Assembly (NCBI GenBank): GCA_963666345.1
Contig: OY762721.1
Coordinates: 4,064,001 to 4,128,000, forward strand
Direction of reading: 5' to 3'
DNA length: 64,000 nucleotides
DNA from: Desulfatiglandales bacterium
GTDB taxonomy: Bacteria > Desulfobacterota > DSM-4660 > Desulfatiglandales > Desulfatiglandaceae
Notes under the pieces: model-generated
Databases searched by the model: none
The model's input: the letters and a program-made list of their open reading frames with translations, nothing else
What the model was told of the DNA's origin: nothing
Program-made: the position numbers and the translations under genes
Part shown: one piece after another, positions 62,116 to 64,000 of the stretch
Layout of the letters: every line of letters starts with the position of its first letter
Numbering within the stretch: the first letter of the stretch is position 1

Positions 62116-64000
62116 ATGGCGAAGGTTAGAGTCTATGAGCTAGCCAGAGATTTGAACGTAGACAGCAAGGATCTGGTCGATAAACTTGTCGCGGGCGGTA
62201 TGGATGTCAAAAATTACATGAGTACCCTTGACGATGAAAATATCAGGAAGGCGCGGGAAATTTTTTCCGGGGTAGTATCTGAGGTTATTGAAGAAAAACG
62301 GATTAAACCTACGGTTATTCGACGCCGGAAGAAAAAAAAGGTGGAAAAGCAGCCTTCCATTGAAGAAGTTTCCGTGGAAGAACTCGAGCCTGAACATGTT
62401 GAAGCTGTTGAGCCGGTCGCAGAGGTCACTGATAGGCAGATTGAAACGGAGGAAAAACCAGCGTCTGAAACGGCTGAGGAATCTCGACAGGTGGAAGAAA
62501 CAGCTCCCACTGCTGAGGCCGAAAGCGAGGAAGAAGCTGAGGAAAAAACGACCGAAGCCCTGGAGGCGGAGAAGAGGATAGAAAAATCTGTCACCCCCAA
62601 GGTAAAGGGCAAAAAAACCAAAAAGAAGAAATTCGACCAGCCGGCGAAAATAATCAAGAGACCGGATGTGGTTCCTCCTGTTGCCCCTGTTGTTGAAGAT
62701 TTCGAAGAAGCAGACCCGAAGACCAAAATACCAGAGCCCCCAGTGGCTGAACCGATAGGTTTAAAAAAGGAAGAAGCAGCACCTGAGGCGAAAAAGGGTA
62801 AACCAGCAAGGAAGAAAAAGGACAGAAGGAAAAAAGAGGCTACAGTAGAAAAACTGGATGCCCCTCTTCGGCATAAAAAGAAAGAGATATATGAGAGAGC
62901 CGATCTATATAAGGGCCGACCTGGAAAGGCAAAGTCAAAAAAAGGAGCAGGTAGGTCTAAAGAGGGTATAAAGAAGACCAAACATACCGAAATTACCGTG
63001 CCCAAGGCTATAAAAAGGCGAATAAAAATCCAGGAGTCCGTTACAATCGCTGAAATTGGAAAGGCCATGGGGATAAAGGCGGTGGATATCATAAAGAAGC
63101 TTTTTTCCATGGGTTTTCCAGCGGCTATTAACCAATCCATCGATTTTGAGACGGCCTCACTTGTCGCATATGAGTTCGGATATGAAGTCGAACTTGATAC
63201 ATTCGAAGAGGATGAGATTATCCATGAGCAGGAGGATAGACCTGAGGACCTTCAGACCAGACCGCCTGTCGTAACAATAATGGGACATGTCGATCACGGT
63301 AAGACTTCACTGTTGGACTATATCCGTAATTCCAATATAATTGACGGTGAATCCGGAGGCATAACTCAGCATATCGGCGCGTACTACGTCGAAACCAAAG
63401 GTGGAAATGTCGTTTTCCTTGATACCCCCGGGCATGAAGCCTTTACTGCTATGAGGGCCAGGGGCGCTAAGGTAACCGATATAATTGTTTTGATCGTTGC
63501 CGCGGACGACGGTGTTATGCCTCAGACGAGAGAGGCTGTAAATCACGCCAGGGCTGCCGATATTCCGATAGTAGTCGCCGTAAACAAAATTGACAAGGTG
63601 GATGCGGACAGGGAAAAAGTTAAAAGGGAACTTTCGGACCTGGATCTTGCTCCTGAAGAATGGGGCGGTGATACAATCTATGGATATATATCTGCAAAGA
63701 CGGGTGAAGGTGTAGATGATCTTTTGGGTCTGATATTGCTCCAGGCCGAAATGATGGAACTCAAGGGTAATCCGAGCAAGGCGGCAAGAGGCACAGTAAT
63801 AGAGGCGAAACTGGATAAGAGCAGAGGGCCTATTGCGACCGTTCTTGTCAGTAACGGTGCTTTGAAACAGGGCGATTACTTCATATGCGGCGAGTATCAC
63901 GGAAAAGTAAGGGCCATGCTTAATCATCGCGGGGAGAGAATGAAATCAGCCGGCCCTTCCGTGCCGAGTGAGGTTTACGGTATATCGGGTGTCCCAATGG
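62116..64000 (+). CDS. infB: Translation initiation factor IF-2 (partial, runs off the window; absent from the ORF track)
   Basis: [11 protein letters not shown] start behind [48 protein letters not shown]. Confidence 0.97.
   Translation, partial: MAKVRVYELARDLNVDSKDLVDKLVAGGMDVKNYMSTLDDENIRKAREIFSGVVSEVIEEKRIKPTVIRRRKKKKVEKQPSIEEVSVEELEPEHVEAVEPVAEVTDRQIETEEKPASETAEESRQVEETAPTAEAESEEEAEEKTTEALEAEKRIEKSVTPKVKGKKTKKKKFDQPAKIIKRPDVVPPVAPVVEDFEEADPKTKIPEPPVAEPIGLKKEEAAPEAKKGKPARKKKDRRKKEATVEKLDAPLRHKKKEIYERADLYKGRPGKAKSKKGAGRSKEGIKKTKHTEITVPKAIKRRIKIQESVTIAEIGKAMGIKAVDIIKKLFSMGFPAAINQSIDFETASLVAYEFGYEVELDTFEEDEIIHEQEDRPEDLQTRPPVVTIMGHVDHGKTSLLDYIRNSNIIDGESGGITQHIGAYYVETKGGNVVFLDTPGHEAFTAMRARGAKVTDIIVLIVAADDGVMPQTREAVNHARAADIPIVVAVNKIDKVDADREKVKRELSDLDLAPEEWGGDTIYGYISAKTGEGVDDLLGLILLQAEMMELKGNPSKAARGTVIEAKLDKSRGPIATVLVSNGALKQGDYFICGEYHGKVRAMLNHRGERMKSAGPSVPSEVYGISGVPM

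Noticed and set aside
62214..63140. 308-aa minus-strand ORF (and 63307-63927)
   Set aside because: Antisense shadow of the low-complexity Glu/Lys-rich infB coding strand
1..64000. CRISPR array, prophage or defence system
   Set aside because: No regularly spaced repeats, phage genes or recognisable defence genes were seen by eye

Overview
This is a 64-kb bacterial chromosomal window. Gene content and order suggest a Desulfobacterota/deltaproteobacterium-like anaerobe (inference). From left to right it contains: (1) a threonine/glycine catabolic block (gcvT-H-PA-PB, lpdA, tdh-kbl-cysK, two Lrp/AsnC regulators), followed by a sulfatase-fold hydrolase with Thr at the nucleophile position and an AapJQMP-type amino-acid ABC transporter; (2) an approximately 17-kb uncharacterised sugar/sugar-acid catabolic island of three operons, whose promoters each carry the same 19-bp operator at the same distance from the -35 box, probably bound by the local GntR/UTRA regulator; (3) an Ltp2-like thiolase-fold/DUF35/GlcD-like operon, an orphan TRAP dctQM pair and a Cys-rich small protein; (4) a stand-alone trpB2 preceded by two tandem Trp-rich leader peptides, each followed by its own intrinsic terminator, which is the most striking element here; (5) housekeeping genes (recD2, tsaA/trmO, lapAB, mutS, an amidase with a duplicated TPR module, frameshifted prfB, lnt, corC, tRNA-Gly(CCC), rimP-nusA-ylxR-infB) with an IS200-type element between lnt and prfB. 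I saw no CRISPR array, prophage or rRNA. All assignments are from motif recognition by eye; no searches were run.
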